Below the pieces are notes generated by a model. It ran no database searches. It was not told the origin of the DNA and worked only from the letters and a program-made list of their open reading frames with translations. The translations under genes and the position numbers were made by a program. Below, piece by piece: positions 1 through 10,362 of a stretch of DNA of 64,000 nucleotides. The stretch comes from Marsupella aquatica. Its lineage: Eukaryota > Plantae > Marchantiophyta. Within the stretch, counting starts at the first letter, position 1. The number at the start of each line of letters is the position of its first letter. The stretch lies in contig OZ316891.1 of assembly GCA_973895155.1 (NCBI GenBank), forward strand, positions 8,433,875 through 8,497,874, read 5' to 3'.

Positions 1-90
1 TCTCCTGTAGAGAAACACAAGAAGATGCATGAGCCCGTATGGATGTAGTCACGCGAATGGTCGCGTCACATATTACAAAGAAAACATCCT

Positions 91-798
91 CTACACTCTG
101 GCCATTGATAAGTGACATCTGTTGAAGTGCTTGATAAGAACTTGATCCGCATGTCTCTGCACGTACAGATGCTCCCATATATCCTCGTTCAGATCCCAAT
201 CTCGATGTAGATTTCTAATCGACCAGATGGGATAATCGAACTTGTTAGCGAACGCAAGACAAAGCCCTGAATTTGATAGCTTTCGTAAATATGGAATGAG
301 GTCATCCCTCAAAAAGACATCATCCAACGATCCTTGAAACGACTTAGCGAACAATAATCCGCATACAGCTGTCTGGCATGTATGGGAAGGACAGGCATCA
401 ATCTGGATTATATTCTCTGGTCCATAATCTTGAAACATATCACGTAGTCTCTCGATAGATTTGAAGACAACAGTCTTATAATTTTTCTTCACATAACCAA
501 GATTCCAGCAATGATCCCGCGTGAACACATATATCAGCTGTGACAGGTCGGTGCTCGACAACACTTCTGAAAGTATCTGATAAACCAGTTTATCGTCAAG
601 AATAGACCAGACCATCACATCAAAATGATCATAAGAGAATTTTATAAGATCATGAAGAAGCGGCCTCGGAACGACACATAGAGATCCGATACGAATTCCG
701 GGTGCCGACTTGAGCTGAGGAGTATATTTTGAAACAGAGCACAGGAAGTTTTCCAGTCCTAAAACTAGAAGTTGACGCGATCTGCTCCACTTAGACAC
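91..798 (-). CDS. FCP1/NIF-like HAD phosphatase domain, probably inactive; terminal exon without its own ATG
   Basis: Motifs LLVLGLENFL..PRPLLHDLI..FDVMVWS..VFTRDHC..VFKSI..YGPENIIQIDACP; the DxDxT motif is lost. It is preceded by acceptor catttacag|GTG at 801-799. Confidence 0.7.
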   Translation of the reverse strand: MSKWSRSRQLLVLGLENFLCSVSKYTPQLKSAPGIRIGSLCVVPRPLLHDLIKFSYDHFDVMVWSILDDKLVYQILSEVLSSTDLSQLIYVFTRDHCWNLGYVKKNYKTVVFKSIERLRDMFQDYGPENIIQIDACPSHTCQTAVCGLLFAKSFQGSLDDVFLRDDLIPYLRKLSNSGLCLAFANKFDYPIWSIRNLHRDWDLNEDIWEHLYVQRHADQVLIKHFNRCHLSMARV

Positions 799-923
799 CT
801 GTAAATGAACAATTCGATTCTCATATTATGCAATTGCAAACAACCACGCGACCGGGCGCGTCACTCCCAAAAGTTCAATTTCAATCAATTTATAAATAAT
901 AATTGATAATAAACAATAAATGT

Positions 924-1829
924 TTACTTATTGGACTTATCCCGGGCTTCTATAGCACGGTCTTTTTCGGCAGATAAGTATTTCATAAATTCGTCAAACT
1001 TTTCTAAATGGTCTTTATTTCCCTGATTACGAATGATCACGTTTCTCCTCCAAAGATTTATCTTATCAATATAATCTTTCTCAAGATTTTCTTGAGAGAA
1101 CGTTGGAATCCCATATCCACTAAGGAGCTCGCGGAATGTCAACTTGTCAATTGACATGTCGCATAGATATGGATATAGTTTCTTTCTAAAAAATAGGTCA
1201 TCATCGAGCCCAGAATATGCATCGGGATACAGCGATGAATAGAAGTCATTAAGGCTCGTCTTATATGCAGCGTCATCGATAAGAATGACATTCTCGATGT
1301 TGTAATCTTTAATATCGGTGGCAATGTCCGAGAGATATTTGACAAATAAAGGGATGTCATTATTATTCTTCCCAATAAGTCGAGTTGATTCTTGTCCCCA
1401 TATAAATTTAATACGTTTCAAAACTTCGGGTCGAAGTATCAGCCTTACACAAGATAGAATATTTCGTTTGAACATGCACGACCAGATTGCAATGTCGTAT
1501 AGATCTGCCACCTTCTCAAGAAATTCCATTAAATCAGGCCTTGGATAGATAACCTTGTGCATCTGTCTCACACCCCTTGACCGAATGTGCATCCCAGGGC
1601 TGATCTTATCTGACCAGATAAGTACCCGATTCAGATCGAAAATTACAAGTCTCTTCTGAACCAGTGACTTCTTTGCCGATGGATTAGGCGCCATCTGTAC
1701 CTGTGATTTTTGTGCCGCAGGGTTTGGAGAACGTACTAGAACGGTCTGTTTGTTTCCCGCCTCTGGACGATCACTGGACTTCCGGACTGATGCCTTCGAT
1801 ACTCGATCAGGGGGTTTCAGGATAGGCTT
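924..1829 (-). CDS. FCP1/SCP-like (NIF) CTD-phosphatase domain exon
   Basis: KRLVIFDLNRVLI, YPRPDLMEFL, YDIAIWS, FIWGQE, FVKYL, ENVILIDDAAYK. Open reading frame from the acceptor at 1830. Confidence 0.85.
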   Translation of the reverse strand, partial: KPILKPPDRVSKASVRKSSDRPEAGNKQTVLVRSPNPAAQKSQVQMAPNPSAKKSLVQKRLVIFDLNRVLIWSDKISPGMHIRSRGVRQMHKVIYPRPDLMEFLEKVADLYDIAIWSCMFKRNILSCVRLILRPEVLKRIKFIWGQESTRLIGKNNNDIPLFVKYLSDIATDIKDYNIENVILIDDAAYKTSLNDFYSSLYPDAYSGLDDDLFFRKKLYPYLCDMSIDKLTFRELLSGYGIPTFSQENLEKDYIDKINLWRRNVIIRNQGNKDHLEKFDEFMKYLSAEKDRAIEARDKSNK

Positions 1830-1915
1830 CTGTAAAACATTAAGAAATGAAAATAAGTTTATAACGCGAACGGTCGCGTGACTACAAAGAGAGACACTGA
1901 AATGAAGTGTATTAC

Positions 1916-2704
1916 CTGTACAAGATGGTCGTTCAGTGCTGGAATTCCGCCGGAAATGTCAATCATAGCAGCACGGATCCCGGTAACTAGGTTACTTGCG
2001 GACGTCGGCTTGCGGAAGTCCATGTCAAATAACGACAAGACTATCTCCCTACGGAATTTCTCAATTTGATCCGCGGAAAAATTAATTCCGTTTCCTTGAC
2101 ACAAGCACTTGGCGTATCTCAAGATAAACACACCACAACTGTGGCCGTCACTCTGGTGAGGAATATCATTCCGATATATCCGTTCCCAACCTGAGAGATC
2201 CAAGTTGACACCAATTCTCCAGCCAATTTTGTCAGTGTAGTACTTCCCAACAATATCTAGCACCCCAGGATTTTGTCGATTATGAACTAGAGAATCTAGG
2301 TACTCTAGCCGTTTCTCCTTCGGATACAAGACTACCAATGACCAATGTTCTTTCACAGCATTGTGTACTGGAAAGACCAGTTTCTCGTATTCACTGATTT
2401 TTAGCGAAAACTCCTTTGTCCAAGCTGCTCTCTCCTCGTCGAAAATGGTAGGATCCATGGAGAGAAGCTCAAAATGGTGTGTTTGGAAGAATTTGACAAG
2501 GTCTGACTTTCCAACTCTATCGAGAATCAGTTCGAGAAAACTCAAATAAGCGTTAATTATATCATCGGTGAGCAACTCGCGCGGTCTCAGACACATCATA
2601 TGTTTCCTCTTGATTGAGTGTTGTAAGAACTTGGTCAATAGCTCTTCCATATCCTTAGAAGGATCAAGGCATTGATCTATTCGACTAGCCAAATTTTCAA
2701 AAAA
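1916..2704 (-). CDS. Ulp1/peptidase C48 SUMO-protease domain exon
   Basis: CLRPRELLTDDIINAY, VFPVH..EHWSLVV, YLDSL, PHQSDGHSCGVF: His-Asp-Cys triad and oxyanion Gln intact. Confidence 0.92.
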
Positions 2705-3716
2705 CTGCAAAAAACAGAGATTTCAGTACGCCTTCAAATAACGTACTGAGGTTGTAGCCTAAGGGTTGTAGCCTCAGAAAACAGAAACAATAACAGATCA
2801 ATAATGAGGTCTATAATAGAAACTTTAAGCTTATAGCTTGCGAATGACCTTTGGATTGGGTGGATCCGGCCTTTTTGCAGCTGATCTCTTGGGTGCCTCA
2901 ATCGCAACAACATCCTTCAGCCCTCCTCGAGACCGCAGTGATCGCTCCACCGGACCAGTTTGCGAAGGTTGGAGCGATGAGGCGGGAAGACCTTCAAATG
3001 GTTGTGGCATTTGATTCAAATATTCCACAATCTGGGAATCCGATTCCAAAATATCCGGTGCCACAATTTCTGCGCGAGTCACCTCTGCAATATATCGGGG
3101 TCGAGACCACGAACCCGGTCGCGTCAAGTTAGCTGTTAGTCTCTTAACGACTTGAGCCGAGTCTGGTGCCAAAAACGTTCCCAGGTCTTGCACTCGATTC
3201 TCAGAAAAGCGGACATTATTGATGATTGTCTCCATTCTGGATGCAGTGACAGTCTTCTCCTCGGTAATCAAAAGACCCTTCCAATATTGCAAAGCAAGGA
3301 CTGCCTGGACTCGAAGCTGCTCCGGTGAATATTTATTCCAATCATCCAAACAGACCGTACTTAAGGGTGGATCGTTAAATTCAAACTTCGGGCGAAGAAA
3401 ATAGTCTAATATTTTCTTCTTAACTGCAACTGAGGGTGAAGAAGGCTTCTTCAAATTCAGCCTTATTTTCGGTAGACGTTGTGCCTCAGGAATAAGCGAA
3501 AGATCCTTGGCCCTCTCGGCCTCCTTCCTCGCTGCCTCCAGTCTTGCGGCTTCTTCTCTCTCCAGTCTTGCGGAATCCACCTTTTCCGCCTCCAACTTCT
3601 CCGCCTCCACCCTCTCCGGTCTTGCGGTCTCGTCCGCCATCCTCTCGGCCAGCAGCCTCTCAGCCGCCTCACTCTCCGCCTTGGCCCTATTTTCCTCTGT
3701 CAATAAAAGGACTCTC

Positions 3717-4300
3717 GCAGCCTGGGCTTTCTCAGCCTGGGCTTTCTCAGCCTGGGCTTTCTCAGCCTGGGCTTTCTCCGCCTGGGCTTTCTCGGCCTCC
3801 GCTTTCTCAGCCTGGGCTTTCTCAGCTTGGGCTTTCTCAGCCTCCGCTTTCTCAGCCTGGGCTTTCTCGGCATCCGCTTTCTCCGCCTGGGCTTTCTCAG
3901 CCTGGGCTTTCTCAGCCTGGGCTTTCTCAGCCTGGGCTTTCTCCGCCTGGGCTTTCTCAGCCTCGGCTTTCTCCTTCTTCTTCGCGGCAGTTGCTTTTCT
4001 AGCTACTGCCTTTTTCTTCTTAACCTCCTTCTTTTGAAGCTGCTCTTGCCGGGCCGCCTCTTGTCGGGATGCCTCCTCCTGCCGGGCTGCCTCCTTCTTT
4101 TGAAGCTCCTCTTGCCGGGCCGCCTCCTGCCGGGCCGCTTCCTTCTTTTGAAGCTCCTCTTGCCGGGCCGCCTCCTGCCGGGCCTCCTCCAGCCTGGCCT
4201 CCTCCAGCCTGGCCTCCTCCTGCCGGGCCGCCTCGTGCCGGGCCTCCTCTTGCCGGGCCGCCTCCTCTCTGGCCTCCTCCTGCCGAGCCGCCTCCTCTTG
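3717..4300 (-). repeat. Coding tandem repeats (15-bp AEKAQ/AEKAE units; EEAARQ-type units) forming a charged helical spacer
   Basis: About 16 copies of gcctgggctttctca on +; translation in ORF 2831..4477. Confidence 0.9.
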
Positions 4301-5005
4301 GTCCACCTCATGTCGAGGCTCCTGTGTGGCCTCTTCATCAGAGTCCTCAGCGTCCTCGGAACCCTCAATCTCCTCATCCTCTTCATCAGCGTCCTCAGCG
4401 TCCTTCATCTCCTCTCCGTCACTCTCTTCATCTCCTCTATTGTCGGAATCTCCGACATCGTTCTGCGTATCGGTCATCCACTCTGGATCTTGGTCATTGA
4501 CATCCCCATCCGCGTCACCTTCCGCGTCACCTTCCCCCTCACCATCCGCATCACCATTGCTCCCTGCATCCTCAACATTGAAGCCGTAGTCGACTTGATC
4601 TGAATAAAATCAGATTATTTGATAAGAATGACTCACGCGTGAAAAGAAATGTTATGAATGTCCACGCGCATGTTCGCGTGACGCAATAAAAAGTAAGAGG
4701 TTTCAAAAGTAACTTACCTTGGATTGGCCCACTAGGGTACTCCGTTGGTCGAATGTACAATCGATCGAAATCTTCAGAGAGTGCATACTCTTGCAATAAT
4801 TGATTACAAATATTATCAGGGATATGTTGTTCGTGGAGGACATCCAAAACATCAGCCCTGAGAGCAGTTACGGATGGACGGTACTTCATTAATTTATCTA
4901 TACATTTTTCTATACTAGCCCGTACTGGGTCAATCAATGACAGCGTTGTATCAATTGTCGCTGTGGTGTGTTGCAAGAAACAAGACAACTCCCTATGCGT
5001 TGCCA

Positions 5006-5718
5006 CAGGGCAGTAATATTTTACATTGGATCCAGCATCCTGTAAAAAAAGCCGAAATTAGTTCACAATATTAATTGAGAATATAATAATCTAAATAATC
5101 TTACAATCGAAACCCCAAAATATAAATCAAAAAACTTACCATTAAGCACTGGATCAAGTTCGTTCCCTCACCGAAGCATATAGCCCATTCCCCACATTGG
5201 ACGAATTGACTAACAATACTTTCAAAGAATGGAAGTATCTTTTCTGGGGAAGGTGTCGTGAACTCGCCGCTCTCTTCAAAATTGGCTATCTTCTCAATCT
5301 GATATTTGGAGACCAATTGGAACTCGAGGGCTTGTGGATCGCCCATTGTGCTGAAGGCCAAGCTGTGAAAAGCGTAGGTTACAATAAGCTTCTTCTCCTT
5401 CGGCCTCTTCTGAATATAATGGCTATCGACAGCAACGTAGTGTGTGTACTTCCCTAATTCCCGTTTGATTAAGTAAGACTCAACGGGAGAGGCTACAATA
5501 ATAACCACATGGTGTGGTTTTGCCCCTATCTCGCTAGTAGCACGAAATAACCCCTCATAGAATGAGCAATTTGGCGGACGCAAATCTCCCATTGATGAAG
5601 GATCAAAATAAATCAAGCTCGCAAGGTTCTTGTCTTCACGTATGATACAGTCTGCAAACCCAGCATTTTGTATATCCTGCAGGGATCGCAATTTTAGCCT
5701 CTCACCGACCGGCCGCAC
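5006..5718 (-). pseudogene. Degenerate beta-class N4C/N6A DNA methyltransferase-like domain
   Basis: ADCI..ASLIYFDPSS resembles GDC..VDLIYxDPPY (motif IV). Downstream PSPEKILPFFESIVSQFVQCGEWAICFGEGTN..DAGSN resembles PTQKP..LI...S..GD.VLD.F.GSGT...GR (motif I). The IV-then-I order is that of the beta class. Confidence 0.5.
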
Positions 5719-6542
5719 TAGTTGGTTTCCTTGACTATCAACTGATTTCTATATTCCTTCCACCAACCTGTAGAATATAGGGTCGATCTCCTTCAACAAA
5801 TTATCATTACTAATATTTACATTTAAGCACTTCTTCAGATAACCACTCAACACATCTCTCAACTGCTTCAGCACCATCTTGTCGAGCTTAAAGCGATCAA
5901 TCATTCCTTTGACCCGCAATTTCCGCGCTGAATCTGTCAGACTTTTCAGCTCCGTCCGGGTGGATGTTTCCCCGTTGAGTTTACTCAATAATAAAATCTC
6001 AAACTCAACTTTCGTCTTCTTCTTTCTACAGAATTGCTCCAAACTCATGCTGGTCGTTGACAACACTGGAGCCTCAGAGGACTTCCTCGCCTTCCCAGAT
6101 TTCACTTGATGCTTCGGTTTTTGAGTATAGACAGTCTTCCGCTCAACATATATTCCGCTGCCTTTCGAAGAACCGAGTCTGAGCACCCTTGACAAGAACG
6201 GAACGTCTTCTTCAGAAGATGATAAGCACACGGATTATCCGCAATTTTGACGGCGTCCCTCTGTAAAATTCCGTTGTAAATTACAAGCTCTCCTGTCCTT
6301 GATAGTTCGTAGACCTCCATCCACTTCTTGAATGTTTCGTCCTCCATTGTAAAGAGAAACGGAGCCAATTCTCCAAATTTCATCATTTCGTTCTTCCCCA
6401 TTTGAGCCCATGGGCAGACAAAACTCATAGCTCTCATAAATACCTGAAAAACAATGGAAACATGACAATTCTAAGCTTGACGCGACCGTTCGTGTGACAA
6501 AAGTTTATACGATAATGTGATCGAAGAGGGTTATTTATATAC

Positions 6543-7050
6543 CTTCCAATTTGGATGACGATAATGTGATCCAGGCCGCCCAAATGAGTTCCAGATATTA
6601 CGACACTGTCGTACAATGGTGAGAAACTGTCATTCTTCCATTGATGTTTGATGACAATGGTTCAGAGCTTTCGATAATCCCATCAAATGAACATTATTGT
6701 CGTTGTTGAGCGTTGCCCAAAACATTACAGCTTCTACAGTACCGCAAGCGTCTCGTACAACTTGGCTGACTTTGTCATCCTCTCTCAGCAATTTGTACGC
6801 CATTATTGTGTGCTGGCCTCCGAGTATCCAGAAATGATTGGTCATAATGTCCTCCTCCTTTGGTGATGAATCATAGGGCGTCCCATTGTAGTCGGGATCT
6901 CTGTCGGCCTCCGACTGAACCCACTTCACAGGGACTAAAAAGCAGCATCGCTTCTCGAACTTTATAGCCGAATGAGAGAGGAGTGAATTCTTTAGCCTAT
7001 CTGTGTAATCCTAATTCCACTCTCAGCACTTGATGTGGTCCGGTGCAAGA
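6543..7050 (-). pseudogene. ParB/Sulfiredoxin-like N-terminal domain
   Basis: Read through two stops: IKC*EWN*DYTDRLKNSL...FLVPV...FWILGGQHTIMAYKLL, matching the R..(v..L..Si)...Y.IixGxH/R.xA pattern. Confidence 0.55.
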
Positions 7051-7856
7051 TGACAACGTGATGTCTCAACAAAAAATGACTTGCTGTTAAATATATTCAC
7101 AGCACTATATTCTTTGAGGAAAGAATCGAACAGAGCCCCGACATTCGCTGAGGTAATTACTTTCGGAAGATTCTCCGCCGAGTATACTTCAACCTTGCTC
7201 ACTGGCGGGGCCTTTCCCAAGCGAAATCCCTGGTTGAAAGGAACTCTCTGGAACTCAAGTACGTCAATAATGTATTGACAAATCAAATCTCCCGTTGATG
7301 CCTCTGGATCGGAAGGATATCCCACACTAGTAACCTTTTCCAAGGCGTGCCTTGCACCTAGAAGATCATCGATTCTGGGCTGATTGAAGGTTACATATTG
7401 CGTTCGATCCAAACAAATGCTTATTTTGTCTTCCTGCTGGTCGTCGCTAACTAGCAGAACCAATTCCTCTGTACACTCTTTAACTTTCATGTTCTTCTCA
7501 AAGAAACACCCGAGAATTTTTGATCTCTCCAAAATTGTAGCTTTATCATTTCTTGCCACCACAAGACGGACAGCCCCATTGCGAACGACTATTCCAAAAT
7601 CGGATATCTTAGTCGATTCAAAGAGATGGATACTCTTTGTCTCCGTTGTTCTCTCTCTGATTGACTTTCCTCGATATGCAAGTATGGATGTCTCCGCGGG
7701 AGTCATTTTTGTCTTGGTTTTCTTTCGAGAAGCAGCTTTAGACAAGTCTCTTTTCCGCTTTGAGGTTCCGGTAGGATCCATTCTGAAACAGACAAATATT
7801 GAAAGTTAAATGTTTATTATAAAATACTAACACGTGCATGGTCACGTTGTGCCGAA

Positions 7857-8387
7857 TTACATTTTAGGAATGTTTATCCTGACCCAATCTTCTCGCTCAT
7901 CTTCATCTAACCAAAACCAAAGGTTCCTAAACTTGTCAAGTTCAGATCCTTCAAATCCACCCAGAATGTCCAGCGGCGGGAGAGTTGTGATGGATTCTGT
8001 AAATCTGAATGCTACACTCCGTGAAGTCAAATGCCTTCGAAGCGATTCATATCCTGGTCTATCAGTGAAGTCGTAAGCTACCAAGGTGACCGTCGCCCAA
8101 GTACTACTATAAGTAACTATGTGGCACCACTTCTTACTAACTGTTCGAATGGCGATCAAGTCCATGACCCGATTTTTAATCGCAGTATCCGACAAATTCC
8201 CAAGACAGTGGAAAAACTCTTTGACTAATGGCCAAATATATTTCTCGACAATATCGTCCGGAAGACCGGGTATCAGGTCTTCAGCTTGACTCCATATCAT
8301 GTTTCGGTTCATAACCTTTGCACGTGCAATGCGCTCCATCATCATTTGACGATGAGATTTTCGATTCATGTCAAAGGACTGCAGCAT
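7857..8387 (-). CDS. F-box-like protein, paralog 3
   Basis: LIPGLPDDIVEKYIWP...IRTVSKKWCHIV; resembles the plant F-box motif. Confidence 0.7.
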   Translation of the reverse strand: MLQSFDMNRKSHRQMMMERIARAKVMNRNMIWSQAEDLIPGLPDDIVEKYIWPLVKEFFHCLGNLSDTAIKNRVMDLIAIRTVSKKWCHIVTYSSTWATVTLVAYDFTDRPGYESLRRHLTSRSVAFRFTESITTLPPLDILGGFEGSELDKFRNLWFWLDEDEREDWVRINIPKM

Positions 8388-8421
8388 AATATGGAAAAGA
8401 TTAAGAACAAGAACTTATCCA

Positions 8422-8988
8422 TTAAGAACTAGGACCACCGAGATTCTGAGAAAATCTACCAAACCTTTCGATTAGGACATCTCGTTCTTCCTCATCTAAA
8501 TTGTTATATTTGTTTGTAAACAATGCGATTTCGTCAAAAGTAGTAGTCCCAAGAACATATATTTCTGGAAGCATAGAAATATCCTATCGAATAACTCGAC
8601 AGACTGAGTCAAACTCCAACTCGTCAATTTCGGGTATGTTGTAAAGAGCATCATTTGCGACATCGACAATCCGGTTTGCTTGTTTGAGGATAGCCCATAA
8701 CCTTGTATTTGTAACTAAAAAGTTCCACTTCTTGCTACAAGCTCCAAGCCGAATAAGGTCTCGGACCCTATCGATAACCAAATCGTTATCGAGGTGTCGA
8801 TATCCACGCAATCTTTCAATTGAAATAAAGTGTTTGTAGAGTATTGGCCAAATGTTTGAAATGACCAAAACATCTGGTATTCCTCCAATGAGACTAGAGG
8901 AGGTTTCATCCAGCGTATCCCATATTGTTTTCTGTTGCTTTTCATGAGATGAAAGGAAATCTCGAGCCTCATTCAAAAGTTGGCTCAT
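8422..8988 (-). pseudogene. F-box-like protein, paralog 2 (premature TAG at 8584)
   Basis: LIGGIPDVLVISNIWP...LGACSKKWNFLV. Read-through gives DISMLPEIYVLG...NLDEEERD, homologous to the paralog C-termini. Confidence 0.7.
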
Positions 8989-9053
8989 CCTGCTTTTATC
9001 ATATCACAAAACATTGTTAGAAGACATACGACGCGCTTGGTCACGTAAGTTAA

Positions 9054-9605
9054 CTAGAATTCCTTAAAAGCGTAGATGTCACCCTCAAGGTATCCAACTT
9101 TGTGGCATCTGACTATAAATTTCCATTTTTCAAGAGGGTGAAGAGCATCGTAAGTCTTCGCGAAGAGTTCCCTAAGATCTCTGGACATTGATCCCATGAA
9201 TTTAATTCTTGGGTATTTCTGGAAGAAACTTTGAATTGTCGATGAGAGAGACTCATTTCCGATCGGTTTAGTAGGATTTCCTGGGAAAGCCAAATCTAAT
9301 AAACTCAACTTGATTACACCCAGAAGATAGGTATTCCCAACAAGGTGGCGCCATCTGCGACACACCGAAGATAGTCCTACAAACTCATCCAATTCCTTTA
9401 TTGAGAAATTTCCTGCATTAGCCGAGGAATTAAAAGTCTCCTTGATCCGAGGCCATATCAATTCCACGACAATGAAATCTGGAAGTCCAGGTAGTAGTGT
9501 TTCAACAAATACAGAATATCCCACCAGTAGACCATCTTGGCTTCTGTCCAAAACGTCAAATATTGGGCATAGATATCTGAAGCTCTCCAGACCAGGTTCG
9601 CCCAT
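9054..9605 (-). CDS. F-box-like protein, paralog 1
   Basis: LLPGLPDFIVVELIWP...LSSVCRRWRHLV. Confidence 0.72.
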   Translation of the reverse strand: MGEPGLESFRYLCPIFDVLDRSQDGLLVGYSVFVETLLPGLPDFIVVELIWPRIKETFNSSANAGNFSIKELDEFVGLSSVCRRWRHLVGNTYLLGVIKLSLLDLAFPGNPTKPIGNESLSSTIQSFFQKYPRIKFMGSMSRDLRELFAKTYDALHPLEKWKFIVRCHKVGYLEGDIYAFKEF

Positions 9606-9739
9606 GACTCTTTTCAGCCAAATGATATATCCCAGAGATTATTTTCACGCGACTGGTCGCGTCTACAAATCATAATGCATAAACAATTCTTTGAGAGACT
9701 GATTTTTTCGGGTGACAACGTGAAATCATAAATGTTGCT

Positions 9740-10362
9740 TCGTCCTCTAACAGAACCAGTCAATGAGAGAGCAACCTCAGACGCGACTGGTCGCATCAAC
9801 TGAACCTAAACAACTATATCCACTGAACCTTCTGTGGAGATTTGGATATGGTACGCGCTCAGTAAATCTATCTAGTTTCCTTCTCACACGCGACTGGTCG
9901 CGTCAACTGGTCCTAAAAGGAACCTTACCTCCTCTAACAGAGCCAGTCAATGAGAGATCTACGTCAGACGCGACTAGTCACGTCAACTGATCCTAAAAGG
10001 AACCTTACCTCCTCTAACAGAACCAGTCAATGAGAGAGCAACCTCAGACGCGACTGGTCGCGTCAACTGAACCTAAACAACTATATCCACTGAACCTTCC
10101 TTGTGGAGATTTGGATATGGTACTCGCTCAGTAAATCTATCCAGTTTCCTTCTCACACGTGACTGGTCGCGTCAACTGGTCCTAAAAGGAACCTTACCTC
10201 CTCTAACAGAGCGAGTCAATGAGAGATCTACGTCAGATGCGATTGGTCGCGTCAACTGAACCTAAACAACTATATCCACTGAACCTTCTATGGAGATTTG
10301 GATATGGTACGCGCTCAGTAAATCTATCCAGTTTCCTTCTCACACGCGACTGGTCGCGTCAA
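9740..10362. repeat. Composite tandem array (80-bp and 107-109-bp units), one palindrome per unit
   Basis: Palindromes at 9781, 9888, 9968, 10048, 10157, 10237 and 10344, with near-identical flanks. Confidence 0.92.

Larger units (their letters stand above)
924..7781 (-). pseudogene. Six-exon transposon polyprotein (~2,100 aa): ParB-like, MTase-like, acidic/coiled-coil, Ulp1, FCP1-like; disrupted
   Basis: Phase-compatible GT-AG introns join exons 7781-6543, 6443-5140, 5039-4718, 4599-2849, 2704-1916 and 1829-924. In-frame stops lie at 7023, 7011, 6630 and 5749, with one frameshift near 6120. The donor at 2848 (GTCATT) is weak. Confidence 0.7.

Noticed and set aside
2831-4477. TolA-like or bacterial surface-protein call for the AEKAQ repeat
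   Set aside because: Compositional similarity only; the ORF is an internal exon with a splice acceptor at 4600.
3463-4603. Long plus-strand and alternative-frame ORFs (AWAFS, QPGLS, LGFLS repeats)
   Set aside because: Shadows of the low-complexity minus-strand coding repeat.
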